Part shown: positions 47,672 through 59,849 of the stretch, in pieces
Position numbering within the stretch: the first letter of the stretch is position 1
Layout of the letters: every line of letters begins with the position of its first letter
From: Lama glama
Taxonomy: Eukaryota
Assembly: GCA_028534125.1 (NCBI GenBank)
Contig: CM052824.1
Location: forward strand, 48,236,001 to 48,300,000
Direction: 5' to 3'
DNA length: 64,000 nucleotides
Program-made: the position numbers and the translations under genes
Notes under the pieces: model-generated
Database searches by the model: none
The model's input: only the letters and a program-made list of their open reading frames with translations
What the model was told of the DNA's origin: nothing

Positions 47672-48139
47672 GCTATCCTGACACACATGCGGGTGGAGTG
47701 CAAGTGCCACGGGGTGTCGGGCTCCTGCGAGGTAAAGACGTGCTGGCGAGCCGTGCCGCCCTTCCGCCAGGTGGGCCACGCACTCAAGGAGAAGTTTGAT
47801 GGAGCCACCGAGGTGGAGCCACGCCGTGTGGGCTCCTCCAGGGCACTGGTGCCGCGTAACGCGCAGTTCAAGCCGCACACAGACGAGGACCTGGTGTACT
47901 TGGAGCCCAGCCCAGACTTCTGCGAGCAGGACATTCGCAGCGGCGTGCTGGGCACGAGGGGCCGCACGTGCAACAAGACATCCAAGGCCATCGACGGCTG
48001 TGAGCTGCTGTGCTGTGGCCGCGGCTTCCACACAGCACAGGTAGAGCTAGCTGAGCGCTGCAGCTGCAAATTCCACTGGTGCTGCTTCGTCAAGTGCCGG
48101 CAGTGCCAGCGCCTCGTCGAGCTGCACACGTGCCGGTGA
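47672..48139 (+). CDS. WNT4: WNT4 coding exon 5 (terminal)
   Basis: Acceptor ...atcccccgcag|GCT; [25 protein letters not shown]...LHTCR-TGA. Contains the palmitoleoylated Ser212 (TCG, 47717-47719) and the N297 sequon NKT; 468 nt. Confidence 0.99.
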   Translation, partial: AILTHMRVECKCHGVSGSCEVKTCWRAVPPFRQVGHALKEKFDGATEVEPRRVGSSRALVPRNAQFKPHTDEDLVYLEPSPDFCEQDIRSGVLGTRGRTCNKTSKAIDGCELLCCGRGFHTAQVELAERCSCKFHWCCFVKCRQCQRLVELHTCR

Positions 48140-50485
48140 CTGCCGCCCGGCTCTGTGCCCAGCAACCACCCCGTGGCCCGGGGAAGGCCAATAATTTAAA
48201 CAGTCCCTCACCACCCACCCCAAAAGATACTGGTTGTATTTTTTGTTTTGGTTTGGTTTTTGGGTCCTCATGTTATTTATTGCCGAAACCAGGCGGGCGA
48301 CCCCAAGAGCACCAACCGGGGCCTCCCTGCAACCTGGACCCTTGTGGCTGCCACTGACCAAAGGGACCTTGCTCATGCCTCTGGCTGTCCACATGTGGCC
48401 GCTGCTGACCACTCAGTTATCTGTATCTGTTTTTCTACTTGTAGACTTAAGGTGGGTAACAAAGAGTGTTACAGCCACATGCCTACTGACTCTGCCCTCC
48501 AGGGAAAGGGGTGACCCTATGGCAGGGGTATGGGCGCCATCTCCATGGCAGTGTCACCCCCAGACATACACAGATCCCTGGCCGCTTCAGCTCAGTGGCC
48601 TCGTCTCTCAAGCCCTCTGCAAAGGAGATGGGCAGATACCAGGTCCAGGGCAAAGGGTTAATTTCAGGCATCCAAGAGCAGCTGAGGTTCAATCTCTGTG
48701 AGACCCCACAGCCCAGCAGCCAAGCTACCCCTCACAGAGGGAGACCCCTACCCCCTGGTCCCTCCCAGGCAGGAATACGGCTGCAGCCCAAGTCAGAGAC
48801 CCCAGCAGGGCCTTCACAGCAACGCCCCAGTGTGCGTCTCTTCATGGTGCTGCTCCTTGGTGAAGCTAAGAGTGGAAACGTCACATACACACACAGGAGC
48901 AAAGCCCTCTCCCAACCTTTATTTCACTCCCTTAACCAAATCTATCGAGCAGATACTGTTCTGGGCCCTGTCCTGGGCCGTCTCACTGGACGACCACAGC
49001 AATCTCGGGAGGACAAGACAGGGATGCTTGTGCCCATTCTGCAGGAGAAAGGGCAAGGCGCAGCCAGGTCCCAGAGCCAGTAGGTGCAGAGGCAGAGCCA
49101 GAAGAGCCCTCCAGCCAAGATGGAGCAGGCTCTGAGGGAACAGGAGAACAGCTGGAAAGCTGACGAGGTAAGGTCTCAGCAGCAGAAGCCCTCCCGCCCC
49201 CAGGCACCTCGGGCTCTGAGGAGCCCCGCAGAGCCAGCACCAGCAGCCCGGGCCCCGCCCTGTGCAGAGCCAAACCAGCAGGAGCCCAGCTCAAATTTCT
49301 GTGAGCAGAACCTGCACATAGAGAGCCCTGGCCTGACCCAACTGCTTCTCAGATGGGCTCCCAACCCCCAGAGGGCCTTGCTCTCAGCCCAGTCTCCAAG
49401 CTGCCCCCACACTGGGGCTTCAAGCTCCTGGTTTGATGTCTTAAGCTCCGAGATCCCCTTCGGAGGATCTCAGAAGACCCCCGAGTTCTTGGCTCCAGGG
49501 TTCTGTGTCTAAATTCAAAGTCTCAGATCCAGAACACGGGCTCCAGCCTGTAGACGCTCTCCTCCAGGCCTGTGTTTTGTGCCTCCTGGTGTTGGCTCCC
49601 TCACGAAGAGAGGGTCAACACCCTTGGCCCCCAGCCAAGCTCTGTGCTCAGTGTCCACCCAAGAAGGCCAAAACCAAGTGAGATGCTGGACCCACATTCA
49701 AATGCGGGGATAATCGTGGGGCAGGCAGGCTCTGATGTGGATGAAAGCTGAGCCGACCGAGTGTCCCCACAGCAGCCCAGCTGGGCTCGCTGCTCCTCTG
49801 GCGGGCTCTGCTCAGCTGTCTGCTCAGCGCCAGGGAAAATACTACCCCTCACTGCAGAGGCCAGGCCCACACAAAGGAAGCGGTGGAGACCCCTCCCCCA
49901 CCCCAAGTCCTGTCCCCAGAACCTGGGGACTAGCAGACCCAGGCTGGGTGCTGGCAAGATGGGCACTGCCCCAGGAAGAAGTGAGAGTGCCTGTGTCCAT
50001 TCATAGGCTTCACCTTTCCACCTGCCAGGAGGCTCCTCAAAGCAGATCCTCCTGGGTTCTGAAGGGTGTCACCTCGGTGAAGCAACCTAGATTCTAGCAA
50101 CCTCTGCCCAGCCCGACCACCGCTGCCACCAGCACCCCAAAGGCCAAAGGGATCCACAGACGCAGGAAAATGGCACTTCCTTGGACACACCCAGCTCCAA
50201 ACTGTCCCAAATTAAGAGGAGGAACCAGCACAGGCCTGACAGAGCCCACTCACCCTGGAAGCTGGCCAGAGGGTCCAAGCCCTGCCCGAAAACCTCTCCA
50301 CTAGTCTTACCACAAGGCAAAGGTGTCCTCTGAGGCCTAGGGCTGGACAAGCCCCGGCTCTGGCTGCTGCTACCCCCTCTGCTGTCCCTGCCCCATCCCC
50401 AATTTTTATACTAGGCTCCTTGCCTTTGTGACATCCCCATGAAATAGTCTGATGCACGATAAAATGATTATTTCTTTATCTTGCA
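48140..50485 (+). other. WNT4: Probable WNT4 3' UTR
   Basis: Stretch after the stop codon with no repeats recognised by eye; AU/U-rich block at 48190-48280; ends at a GATAAA hexamer followed by a U/GU-rich tract. The end position is inferred. Confidence 0.6.
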
Positions 50486-50510
50486 ACTGTGGCAGTGACT
50501 CTTTTTGTAG
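50458..50510 (+). terminator. Candidate polyadenylation signal (variant GATAAA) with downstream U/GU-rich element
   Basis: cacGATAAAatgattatttctttatcttgca...ctgtggcagtgactctttttgt; no AATAAA seen between the stop codon and 51544. Confidence 0.5.
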
Positions 50511-53500
50511 AAGAGGGAGAAGAGAGACCTGGGGAAGGGCATGGGAAAAGCAGAGAAACAGTAGCAAACTCTAGCCATGCGGACCCTCTTTGCCCTTTCA
50601 CCTTCTGAGTAACTGGTTTGATGTCCTCAAGGAACCCACCCACATGCTGTCTGGGATTCACCTTTGACACCCAGAGGCTGTATCTGCATTTCTCTGATCC
50701 AGCTATTCAAACCTTGGCCTGATCCAAGGTCTCAGAATCATTCTAAAGCACTGATGTGGAGAGAAGGGACAGAGACAATGACAGAGGAGGGGCTGGCAAA
50801 GTGGGTATTGATTTGAGGAGGTGGGGGACAAATGGAAAAGAATTTAGTTCCTGCCAAGGACACAAGGATTCAAAGCCCGTGGCTAGAAGCAAACTCCAGG
50901 ATTGGAGCCCAGTCGGGATTAGGAGTCTGGATGGAAAACTCCATATAACTCAAGTCACAGCCTCCGGGGGTACCCGAGGTGGCTTGTCAGGAACCTGAGC
51001 CTAGGGGAGTGAAGTCCTCATCCTTAGCAAGGGGGCCATGCACCACTCCCCCGCCCACTGCAACAAATCCACACTAGCCTGGGAACGGTTAGGCTGCTAT
51101 GTGCTTCGCTCTCCAAAAGTTCAGTGGGATATAAAAGGGCCAAAGCAAAGTGCTTTTAGGATAGCAGGGGTACACACAGATTTGTAAAGGATTGGGGAGG
51201 GGGTCTAGAGTATGGGTGGATAGAAAAGGACACATCCTCAAATCAAGGTCAAAAGCAGAGAGGAAGGGACTACTGATACAGAGGGTCCAAGGCAGAGCAA
51301 AGAGGTGACGCCCACGCCCAACCACCTTCTAGAACTGGGAACAGGACCCAGGCTTTGCCATCGAACAGACCTGGCTTGGAACCCCAGTGCTACCACTGCT
51401 TCACTATATGGATCCTTGGACAACTCATTGTCCCCCTTGAGGACTCATTTTCTTCATTCATAATATGGGGCTGCTTGTGCTGCCCCAACTTCATTCATAA
51501 TATGGGGCTAAATAGTAATAGAACCTATTTCTTGGGGATGTTAAATAAAATATGTCAAGTTCCACAAATGGCAGCTATTATCATAAATATAATAATTCCC
51601 TTTTCAGGAATGTAGGAGGCAGTTAAGGTAGCGCTGAGATTGAGGAGGTCAGAGGGAGGATGAGATGAGGAAGCAGAGACAGTGTAGGGTAGGGTAGGAG
51701 CTGAAAGTAGGTGCCTCAAGACTGTGGTCCTACTGTGGCCCCATCCTAGAGATCAGAAGCAGGTGGATGTCTCGGGACAGAGATCCCCAGGCAGGGAAGG
51801 GAGAATCCAAGGATCAGGACATCCAGGGAGCAGCAAGGCAACGGCAAAGCTGCTCCAGGCACCAGTAGGAGGCTGAACCAAGGTCCCAATGCGGGTGAGA
51901 AGCAGGGCTAGGACAGGGAGTCGGGGTGAAGAAGGGCACAGTCAGTAGTGGAGGTGGGCATGTCAGAGCTGTAGGAAGCTTAGGTTGTGGGGCCCAGGGG
52001 CTCTGCCTGTGGGGATGGAAGGCTTTCAGGACTTCAGGCAGGTCAGCTTGCAGAGAGGCTGTGCCTAGATCCATCCCTGACAGAGCCCTCAGACTAAGGC
52101 CTGAAGGTTTCTGGGAAGGTTGTAAAACCACATGATAAAAGAGACCTCCTTCTCAGTTCCTTCTTGACAGCCAGTGGTCTCAGGGAAGTCTGGGGAGACC
52201 AGAGGCAGGGTTTAAAGTGGATCTTCGGGCAAGGAAGGACCAGAGAACACAGGAAAATGGAGGGTAGAAGGAAGCACAGAGCAGCGGAGAGGGGTTAAGG
52301 AAGGCTGAGAAATAGAGGGAGGAAAGGGCAGCGGGTGGGAGGACAGACACAGGTCCAGAAAGACGGAAATACACCAGAAGAGAGGAAGATGCCAAGGGAC
52401 CAGAGGGGTCCAGCAGTTTCCTAGGAAGAGGAGAGAGTGCTGAGCTTCAAGAGAAGGCATCTGACTTAAGAAGGTCTCAGGGATTGGGGGAGGGGTGGAG
52501 TGCGGCCTAGCCTGGCCCAGGCGATGACTTCATAGGCATCTCCCCCCATTCCTTCCTGAGCCGCCAGGCCTGCTGACCCCCTGCCCGCATCTCAAGGGTC
52601 TAGGCCAAGCAGGCGCTGACAGGGGAGAGAAGGGGCCCTTCTGGGCCAGGCCCCCAAGCTTGGCATAGTGCCTGCTGGGGAGGAGGGGCCTAGAGGCCCA
52701 GCCCTTGTCAGCATCCCAGCCGGCACTTCGGAGGCAATTAGCAGCCCAGCTGAGCTAATCCCCGGCCTGGCGAGGCCAACACAAACAGGCCCAGGCCGGG
52801 TGCACACTCGCCTCCCTGTTTGCTGAGGGGCCCAGTGGTCCGCCAAGAACAACACCAATAACCCGGGCCTTCTCTAGGTTAAGAGGAGGACCAGGGCCTG
52901 CTGAAGAGCTGACAGTACCCGACAGAGCATACTCTGGCCAGGTGCCCTGGCTGCCCCAGAAAGGCAGCCACTGTTCCCAAGCCTTTGGCCAGCCAGGAAG
53001 AGGAAGCTGGACACAAGGAGCCATGTACTCTGATTCAGTGCCCTCCCCCACCCCAACCCATGCCACCTGTGAGGGAGACAGGCCAACTCAGGCTTGTGCT
53101 ACCTCAGCCAGCCCGACAACTGAGGCCAGCAGGGGCTGGGTCCTCTGGTCAGGACTTGGGGGTCACAGGCTGCATGCTGGACATGGGAGCCCGGAGGCAA
53201 TTCAGACCTGGGCCCTTCCCTCAAGGGGCTCATGGTCTAGTGAGAGAACAGACTGTGTATGACCTTGGAGCAGGGCCAGTCTCTAGCCCCAGAGGAAATC
53301 GCCCAACTTGGAAAGACTATAGTAGCACCCCCACAACTGAGAAGGCAAAGGGGGACCCAGGAAAAAAAACAAACTGAGGCCCAGAGATTGATAAATGGGG
53401 AGATGGTGCCAAAGGAGGCATGAGGGATCCAGAACAAACTCTGGCACAGACTGGTCCTGGTTCAAGCCAGCAACCACTGGGAGAGCCCAAAGACAAGGTC

Positions 53501-56500
53501 CTGCTCCTGCATCCCCGCTTCTTGATTCCAGCCCAGTTTTACCTTCATCAGCCTGCGGGACAGACACAGGAACAGAAAGACAGAAAGACATCAGAAGAAA
53601 GAGAGGAAGGCACTAAGGGACCAGAGGGCATCTGGGCAGAGGAGTCCAGCAGTTTCCTAGTAGGAGGAGAGAGTGAGCATCTCTGGGAGTATCTCTTTTC
53701 TGAGCCAAACCCCCTGTCCTGTTCGGTTCCTCACCCACCCAGGTACCTGTGGACTTTGCAGCCACATCAGGAACCACAGCCTCCATGGAGCTTCTACTAG
53801 GGAAAGTGATACAGCCTCCTGCGTGGCCAGGCCCCTCGGGATGCTGTGCTGATCGTCAATATCCAACAGCACCACCATTTACTGAGCAGCAATTGGCTCC
53901 CACACTAACGCCGCCTACCAGCACTATCCCGTGTCATGGTCACAAGCAAGTGACAGACCAGGAATACTTCCTGTTGGAAAAGCCAGCTGAGAGGCAGCTG
54001 CATGATTTATCCTCACTTTACAAATAAGGACACTGAGGCCCACAGAAGGGAAGACTTGCCTACAGCCAGAGCCCAGGTCTCCAGGCTCCTGGTCAGGATG
54101 TAGTTTGTTACCAGGCCCACCACAAGCCCCTTCATTTGTCCTCACCCCACTGCTGGCCTAGACCCACCTTTGATGCTTCCTGGGCCAAAGAGCCTCAGAG
54201 TCTTGAGCCCACCCCCTCCCCACAAAACATTATCTGTCTCCGGCCGGGCTAAGCTCCACTGTCACTCTCCTGGGAACCTACACGTTGCTCTGTAGGCAGC
54301 TTTCTCTAGGGCAGAGGGTGAGGAAGGCTACAGTCACACTCCTAGGGCTGACAAAACCACAGCTGGAAACAGTAGCCCTGCCTACCAGCCCCTGTCCCTG
54401 GCAGGGGTGGCAGAAGACTTCAAGTCCACTTCCAAGCCTGCCAGAGAGGCTGTCGGTCCCTGCCCACCACAGGACAGGGCTGACATCCACAGTCTGAACT
54501 CTGGGCTGCTCCCACACCTGGCTCCAGAGCATCAAGCCTGGACCACCGTATCGATGAAGAGATGAATCCTTTTCCCCTTCAGTTCAGCCAAAAAGGGAAG
54601 TAGTTTTCAAAAACATCTTTTACTAGGAAACTGAAGGCAAACAAACAGATTATAAGCACACAGAAACAAGCAGATGCCTAAGCAGGACTTTAACCAGCAG
54701 CGAACCAAAGCCCTATAGATGCTGCTCCTCCCTCCTCTCCTCGTGCAGCCCCACTCTAGACACCAGGATGCGGGGCCTCGTTCCAGCCCCATGATCCGCA
54801 GCCTGCGCAATCTGAGGCAAGTGAGTAAGTGCTAACTCTCATCCATAAAAGAGAGGTGAAGACAATGGCAGAGCCAAATCAGGACTCAATTCTAACTCCA
54901 AAGCCACTACTCTATACAGCCTCTCCCCCACCCCGCCATTGCAGCTTTTGGAAGACCATGTAACACTAAATGGAGACATGCTCTGTGGACTGGGAGGGGC
55001 TGTCAGGGTCAGTGATGCTCATCGTCAGCCAGAACCCTGGCTCTTTCTTTAAGAATGACGGGAAATGTTCACTGGGGGTGTGGGACTGGCACTGTAGGTT
55101 TCCAGTCCCATCAGGTTTAGGTGACATGAGAATTTGCTGGGTCTTCCTTCTCCTGGGAGTCTTCCCATCCCTCCTCCTCCCTCCGTTCAACACCTCCTGC
55201 AGCCTGGGCCTCCTCTCATCCCCTTCTTGGGCCTCGGCTGGAGCCACCTGGGAAGCTTCAGGAATAGCTGATGGTTATCACAGTCAGGACAGGGCGAGTT
55301 GCTGCCCCTGATTCATCACGGAGCTGGAGCGGGTCCAGAAAAGTGACCAGGAGGATGCAAGGCTGCTGCTATGAATTCAGACTGCTTCAGTCCAGAAAGA
55401 GGGAGGCTGAGACAGAGGGCAGCTCATTCAAATCAGAAAGGAAAAATGAAAGGGGACTTTATAGACTCATCCTTCAAAAAGAACAGGCATGGGGTGCGGA
55501 GAAAGCCTGAGAACTGCAGTCCCACAGATCTGGGACTGACTCTCTCCTAGACCTCTCCCAGGCAGAGTGATCTTAGATAAGGTAACCCTTGTGAGTCTCA
55601 GCGCCTCCATCGATGCTAGCTCAGAAGTTACTGTGGGAACTGGACCACAATGTAGGTGGGTGTCCAGTAAATAGTTCCCTGTCCCACTCGCTTCCCTTCC
55701 ATCCTGGGACATGTGTTCTCCCCTTCCCACCTGGCCAAGTCCCAAAGTCACACGTCTGATGACAGCACCCTACACACATATACCCCAGCCCTCTCCTCCA
55801 GCACCAGGGGACACTCAATATGGCATATGATTCCGAGCTGCTCAGGCACCCATCTGTAAGCTTCAGTATGACAGGAGGACCCCAGCACGGTGAGGGGAAA
55901 GGCAGGTTACTCCCCTGCAACTTGCCCCAAGGATAAGAGCTCCGTCCAGCTCACCCCCCCAGCAGAGGCATCAGAAAAAAATTCTCAACCTTTAACCTAT
56001 GCTCCCAGCCTTTGAGAGACAAAACCCTTGCTTTGTTAGTTCTATCTGCCATTTCAAAATAAATCTTGCGACTAAAATAAGCATTTCACATTACATACAC
56101 CATTTGTCCACTGGCTCTTCTGATACTTCTCCACAAGGGGTGTCTAACAGTTAAAAGCTCTGGAGTCAAAAACTTTCAGCTCGACCATGTCCTAGCTGCG
56201 CACCTCGGGTAAGTCACTTGGGTTTCCTCGGTGATAAACTGAGTTACTGTGAAGATAAAGCACATTGCCTGTCACCCTTAAACGTCACCTCCTCGTCCTG
56301 GATCCTGAGACGCGCTGAGCCAGGTGTGTCAGGGTGCACTCCCCAGACTTCAGCTGGGCAGAGGACACACTTCACAGAAAAGTGAGCAGGTGCCCCTTTT
56401 ACAGACTGTGCTCGCCTGAAGCACCTGTCACATTGTGCCCCACACACTGTTGCTTCTATGTTTATATCCACCCCCTCAGACTGCAGCTCCTTCAGGATGG

Positions 56501-58355
56501 GATCTGGACCTTCTATTTTACATGGCAGGGGTGTCAGGAAGCACTGAATAAATGTCAAATGCCCCAAGGCATGCATTCCAGAAAAAAACGCAACTCAACC
56601 ATCTGCCAAGCACTAGGCTGGCATACCGTGGGCTGCCGGCCTCATAATGGGCAGCAGAGGAGTGGGTTAGAATCCTTGAAAGCCCCAAAACGCTACAGCT
56701 CTATGGCTGTTACTCTGGATTCCTTCTCCAGAACAAAAGAGTCCAGGGAGTACATTAAACCATCTCTATCTACTACTACCCCTGGACAGCAGGACCCCAC
56801 TCCCCTGTCAAGGCCCCAGAGAAAAGCCCTGGCCTGGGCCCTCAAGCCCTGGTCCCTGTGCAAGGCCCCCCTTGAGGGCCAGCCCACGTGGCTCTGTTAT
56901 AAACGATGCCCTGACAGCCATCTGACCCACTGTCTCCTAGTCTCCTCATCTCCAAGTTCCTGAAGCCTCAGCCAAAGACAACAGTGAGGACTCGTCTCTT
57001 CATGGCCCAGAAGGGAAGGCTCTGCAGCACCTGGGAGCAGCTGGAAGCTGGAACTCAAGGACTCAACGCTGCTGGTCTCCCTACCCGTGCCAAACGCATC
57101 TGTAAACAAGCCTTCTCAGTGGCTCCCTGCAGCTGCTCCCCAGGGGTCAAAAGGGAGAGAAGCAGGCTAGAATCAGGGCGGCCCATGGCTTACAAGTGAG
57201 AACTGAGCCGGTCACAGCCTGGTCTAAAAGACAGTCCCTGGGCACAGCTAGGCCTGTGCTACTGGCCCTATGCCCAGAGCCCTGGATGGGTTCGCCCTTG
57301 CCCAGGACTGCTGCCCTGTACCAGGCTGCTGGGACCCCGAGAGGCATGGGGCCTGTGTCACACTGCTGTAGGTCCCACTGTTTTACAAGCTGGCGGAGAG
57401 AAAAAACTTGCTATGGTGGAGATGCCTGGATGCTGGGCTGTTGTGCGTGATCCTGTTTGCTATAAAACAGCCAGACATTCCTAGGACCTGGAATTGCGCC
57501 GAGGCCATGGAGCTAGCCTTCTCGGCCATATATCTCCAGGCGANNNNNNNNNNNNNNNNNNNNNNNNNNNNNNNNNNNNNNNNNNNNNNNNNNNNNNNNN
57601 NNNNNNNNNNNNNNNNNNNNNNNNNNNNNNNNNNNNNNNNNNNNNNNNNNNNNNNNNNNNNNNNNNNNNNNNNNNNNNNNNNNTCAGATTCTATAGCCCC
57701 TGGGGTGAGCTTCCCAAGAACCGGGCCTGGGATGCCTGCTCTCAGCGCACCAGCGCAGAAGGCAACCAAGGGTCCATCCCGCGGCAGCACATACAAGAAA
57801 CTGCTACTAAGTGGGGTGGAGAGCACTCACAGGAAAAGCCAGTTCTTACCGGCCCTATGACACAGGAGCTGTTCGATATTAGGGATGAAGAACTGAAGCT
57901 GAGAGGGGTTAACGGACTTGTCCAAAGTCACAGGTATCCAACAGCAGGTGGTTTAAAACCCAGGTCCATTTCATTCCAAAACCTGCAGCCTCCACATTAA
58001 TTCTAAAACTCCCACCCAACCCCCGGCTTTCTTTTAATGCTCCCTTTTCCCTAATGCCCAGCTTCTCAATTCCAAAGCAAGAAGGTTTACCCTCTAACTT
58101 TGAAGGGAAAAATCTCACGAGGGAAACAAAACCCAGACTCCTAAATCCGGAAGCCAAAACAGCAGTTGCCAGCCTGGTTTCTCAAGTCATTTCTACCTCA
58201 GTCTGACCAAGTGATAACAAAGGAGGGTGGCTTCACAGGGGAAAACAGGACACAAAAGGTGTTGAGGGTGAGTCTCCCCCACTTTGTAAATTAGTGGAAT
58301 GCCAGTCCCAGCTTTCCAAACCACAGGACCCACTGAGTGGAGAAGGGGTGTCACA

Positions 58356-58444
58356 GGGGGAGGGTATAGCTCAGTGGTAGAGCGTGTACTTAGCATGCAT
58401 GAGGTCTTGGGTTCAATCCCCAGCACCTCCATTAAAAAAAAAAT
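58356..58444 (+). mobile_element. tRNA-Ala-derived SINE (camelid Vic-1-like), short form, with target-site duplication
   Basis: GGGGAGGGTATAGCTCAGTGGTAGAGCG...GGGTTCAATCCCCAGCACCTCCA plus A tail; A and B boxes present; TSD gagaaggggtgtca (58340-58353) / gaaaaggggtgtca (58445-58458). Confidence 0.9.
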
Positions 58445-59816
58445 GAAAAGGGGTGTCATCCACACAGAAGTGCCTGCTCGAGTAGAGAGAGTACTGGACT
58501 CAGAACCAGAAGGCTGTGATTCCATCTGTGGAATCTTATAGAAGCTCAACTCTAAGCCAGTTTTCTCATTTGTAAAATAAACACCCGTTCAGCTTGCCTC
58601 ACAGGCTTTTCTGAAGATGAACATGAAAGCATTTTATCAACAGCTTTACAAATAGATAGTATTCTGACCCATGCATGTTTCTTCCTCTGTTGATTTCTTT
58701 TGCATTACTGGCTCCCCCTTCTTCTCCCTGCCTTTCTTCTGTTCAAACATCTAAACTCACTATGTGTTCAACACCATGTTGGATACAAGGAGAGGCTCAC
58801 ACACAGGTTAAGAAAAGATGACAGGGACATAAGATCAGACATAAGATCAGAGCCAACCGGCTCCCAGTGAACTGAAGAGCCAGGTCTGCTGAGGAACGGC
58901 CAGGGTCTGGTTAAGCCTCAGGCTGCCCAAGGCCTTCTCAGCCTGGCTGTGGGGCCCTAGGACTAGAAGTTTAGCTTCCCCCTAATTCAGATGTTCATTT
59001 GTCCATAGGCAAGGATATGGACACATGATCTCTCAAAGCTACCTCCAGCCCCAGCATCCCACCCATCTGCCCCTAACTCCCTCATTTTTTCCACCCTCTA
59101 CCCATGGGCCTTGCCAAACTGGGGAGCCTCAGCTCTACTAGATATAAACTTCCCACCTTGGGAGCAAAAGGGCACTAGGAGAAACCAAGCAGTAGGAAAT
59201 CTTTCTGAATGACCCAGGGAAAAGCAGAAAATTCCCCTTACCCACCCATTCCAGCCATCTATGCTCAGAGCCCTAAGAGGATGTGGAGGTCATCTGGCCT
59301 AATGGTGCCAGTGTACGCCCTCAAGGAGTTCTCTGCTTACACATATCCCACCAACCCCAACAGCCTTGAAATAAACCAATTCCCTTCAACTCCCATCTGA
59401 CACTTGGATATTTCACTCTTCCCTGGCAGCCCAAATTTGATGATGCTGCTTGTAGGGACAGAACATGTGTGTCTATAAAGAGAATGTCTTGGTCTGCAAG
59501 CTCCCTAAAGACAGAATCTACACAAAGACTTTTGTTCACGATCCAATTTAAAGAAAAAAAAAATTAGGGAGAATGAAGATTGATGCTTGGCTGAAGGTTA
59601 ACTGAAAGATACTCAGTTATTTGAGAAATGAGAAGCAAAAACATTGGCTCTACAGGGTAGTGATGGTTCTCAGAAATGAAGTACAGGCTTCAGGTATGAG
59701 TGACAAGACACTGTGGGCAGTGGACTCTCTTCCCAGGGGTAATGAGAAAGGCAAAAACTCAAGAAACCTTGCCAAGTCGCAGGTGCACAACCAACCAGAC
59801 TTTTCTCGCTATTTCT

Positions 59817-59849
59817 CTGCCACCTAGTGGCTCCTCTGGAGCATTACAG
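59817..59849 (-). promoter_or_regulatory. CTCF-binding motif (core plus upstream motif) downstream of WNT4
   Basis: Minus strand CTGTAATGCT-ccagag-GAGCCACTAGGTGGCAG: core CCACTAGGTGGCAG with a CTGCAGT-like upstream module at the expected spacing. Confidence 0.7.

Larger units (their letters stand above)
23587..48139 (+). other. WNT4: WNT4 gene span (start codon to stop codon), 5 coding exons, 351-aa Wnt-4
   Basis: Exons of 77+236+132+143+468 = 1056 nt join in frame to give [33 protein letters not shown]...[14 protein letters not shown], recognisably Wnt-4, with the Wnt motif [10 protein letters not shown] and the Cys-rich C-terminus. Confidence 0.99.

Noticed and set aside
47522-48165. Antisense ORFs over exon 5 (and similar ones over exons 2 and 4)
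   Set aside because: Shadow frames expected from the high GC3 codon usage of WNT4; no recognisable protein.
51452-51509. CRISPR-like repeat-spacer-repeat
   Set aside because: Only two units in mammalian DNA with no cas genes; a local duplication explains it.
58358-58432. tRNA-Ala(AGC) gene
   Set aside because: Disrupted acceptor stem, A tail, TSD and a second diverged copy nearby indicate a SINE, not a tRNA gene.
58826-58851. Short tandem duplications (12-mer here; 10-mer at 43551; 9-mer at 45020)
   Set aside because: Ordinary slippage-type duplications with no further structure.
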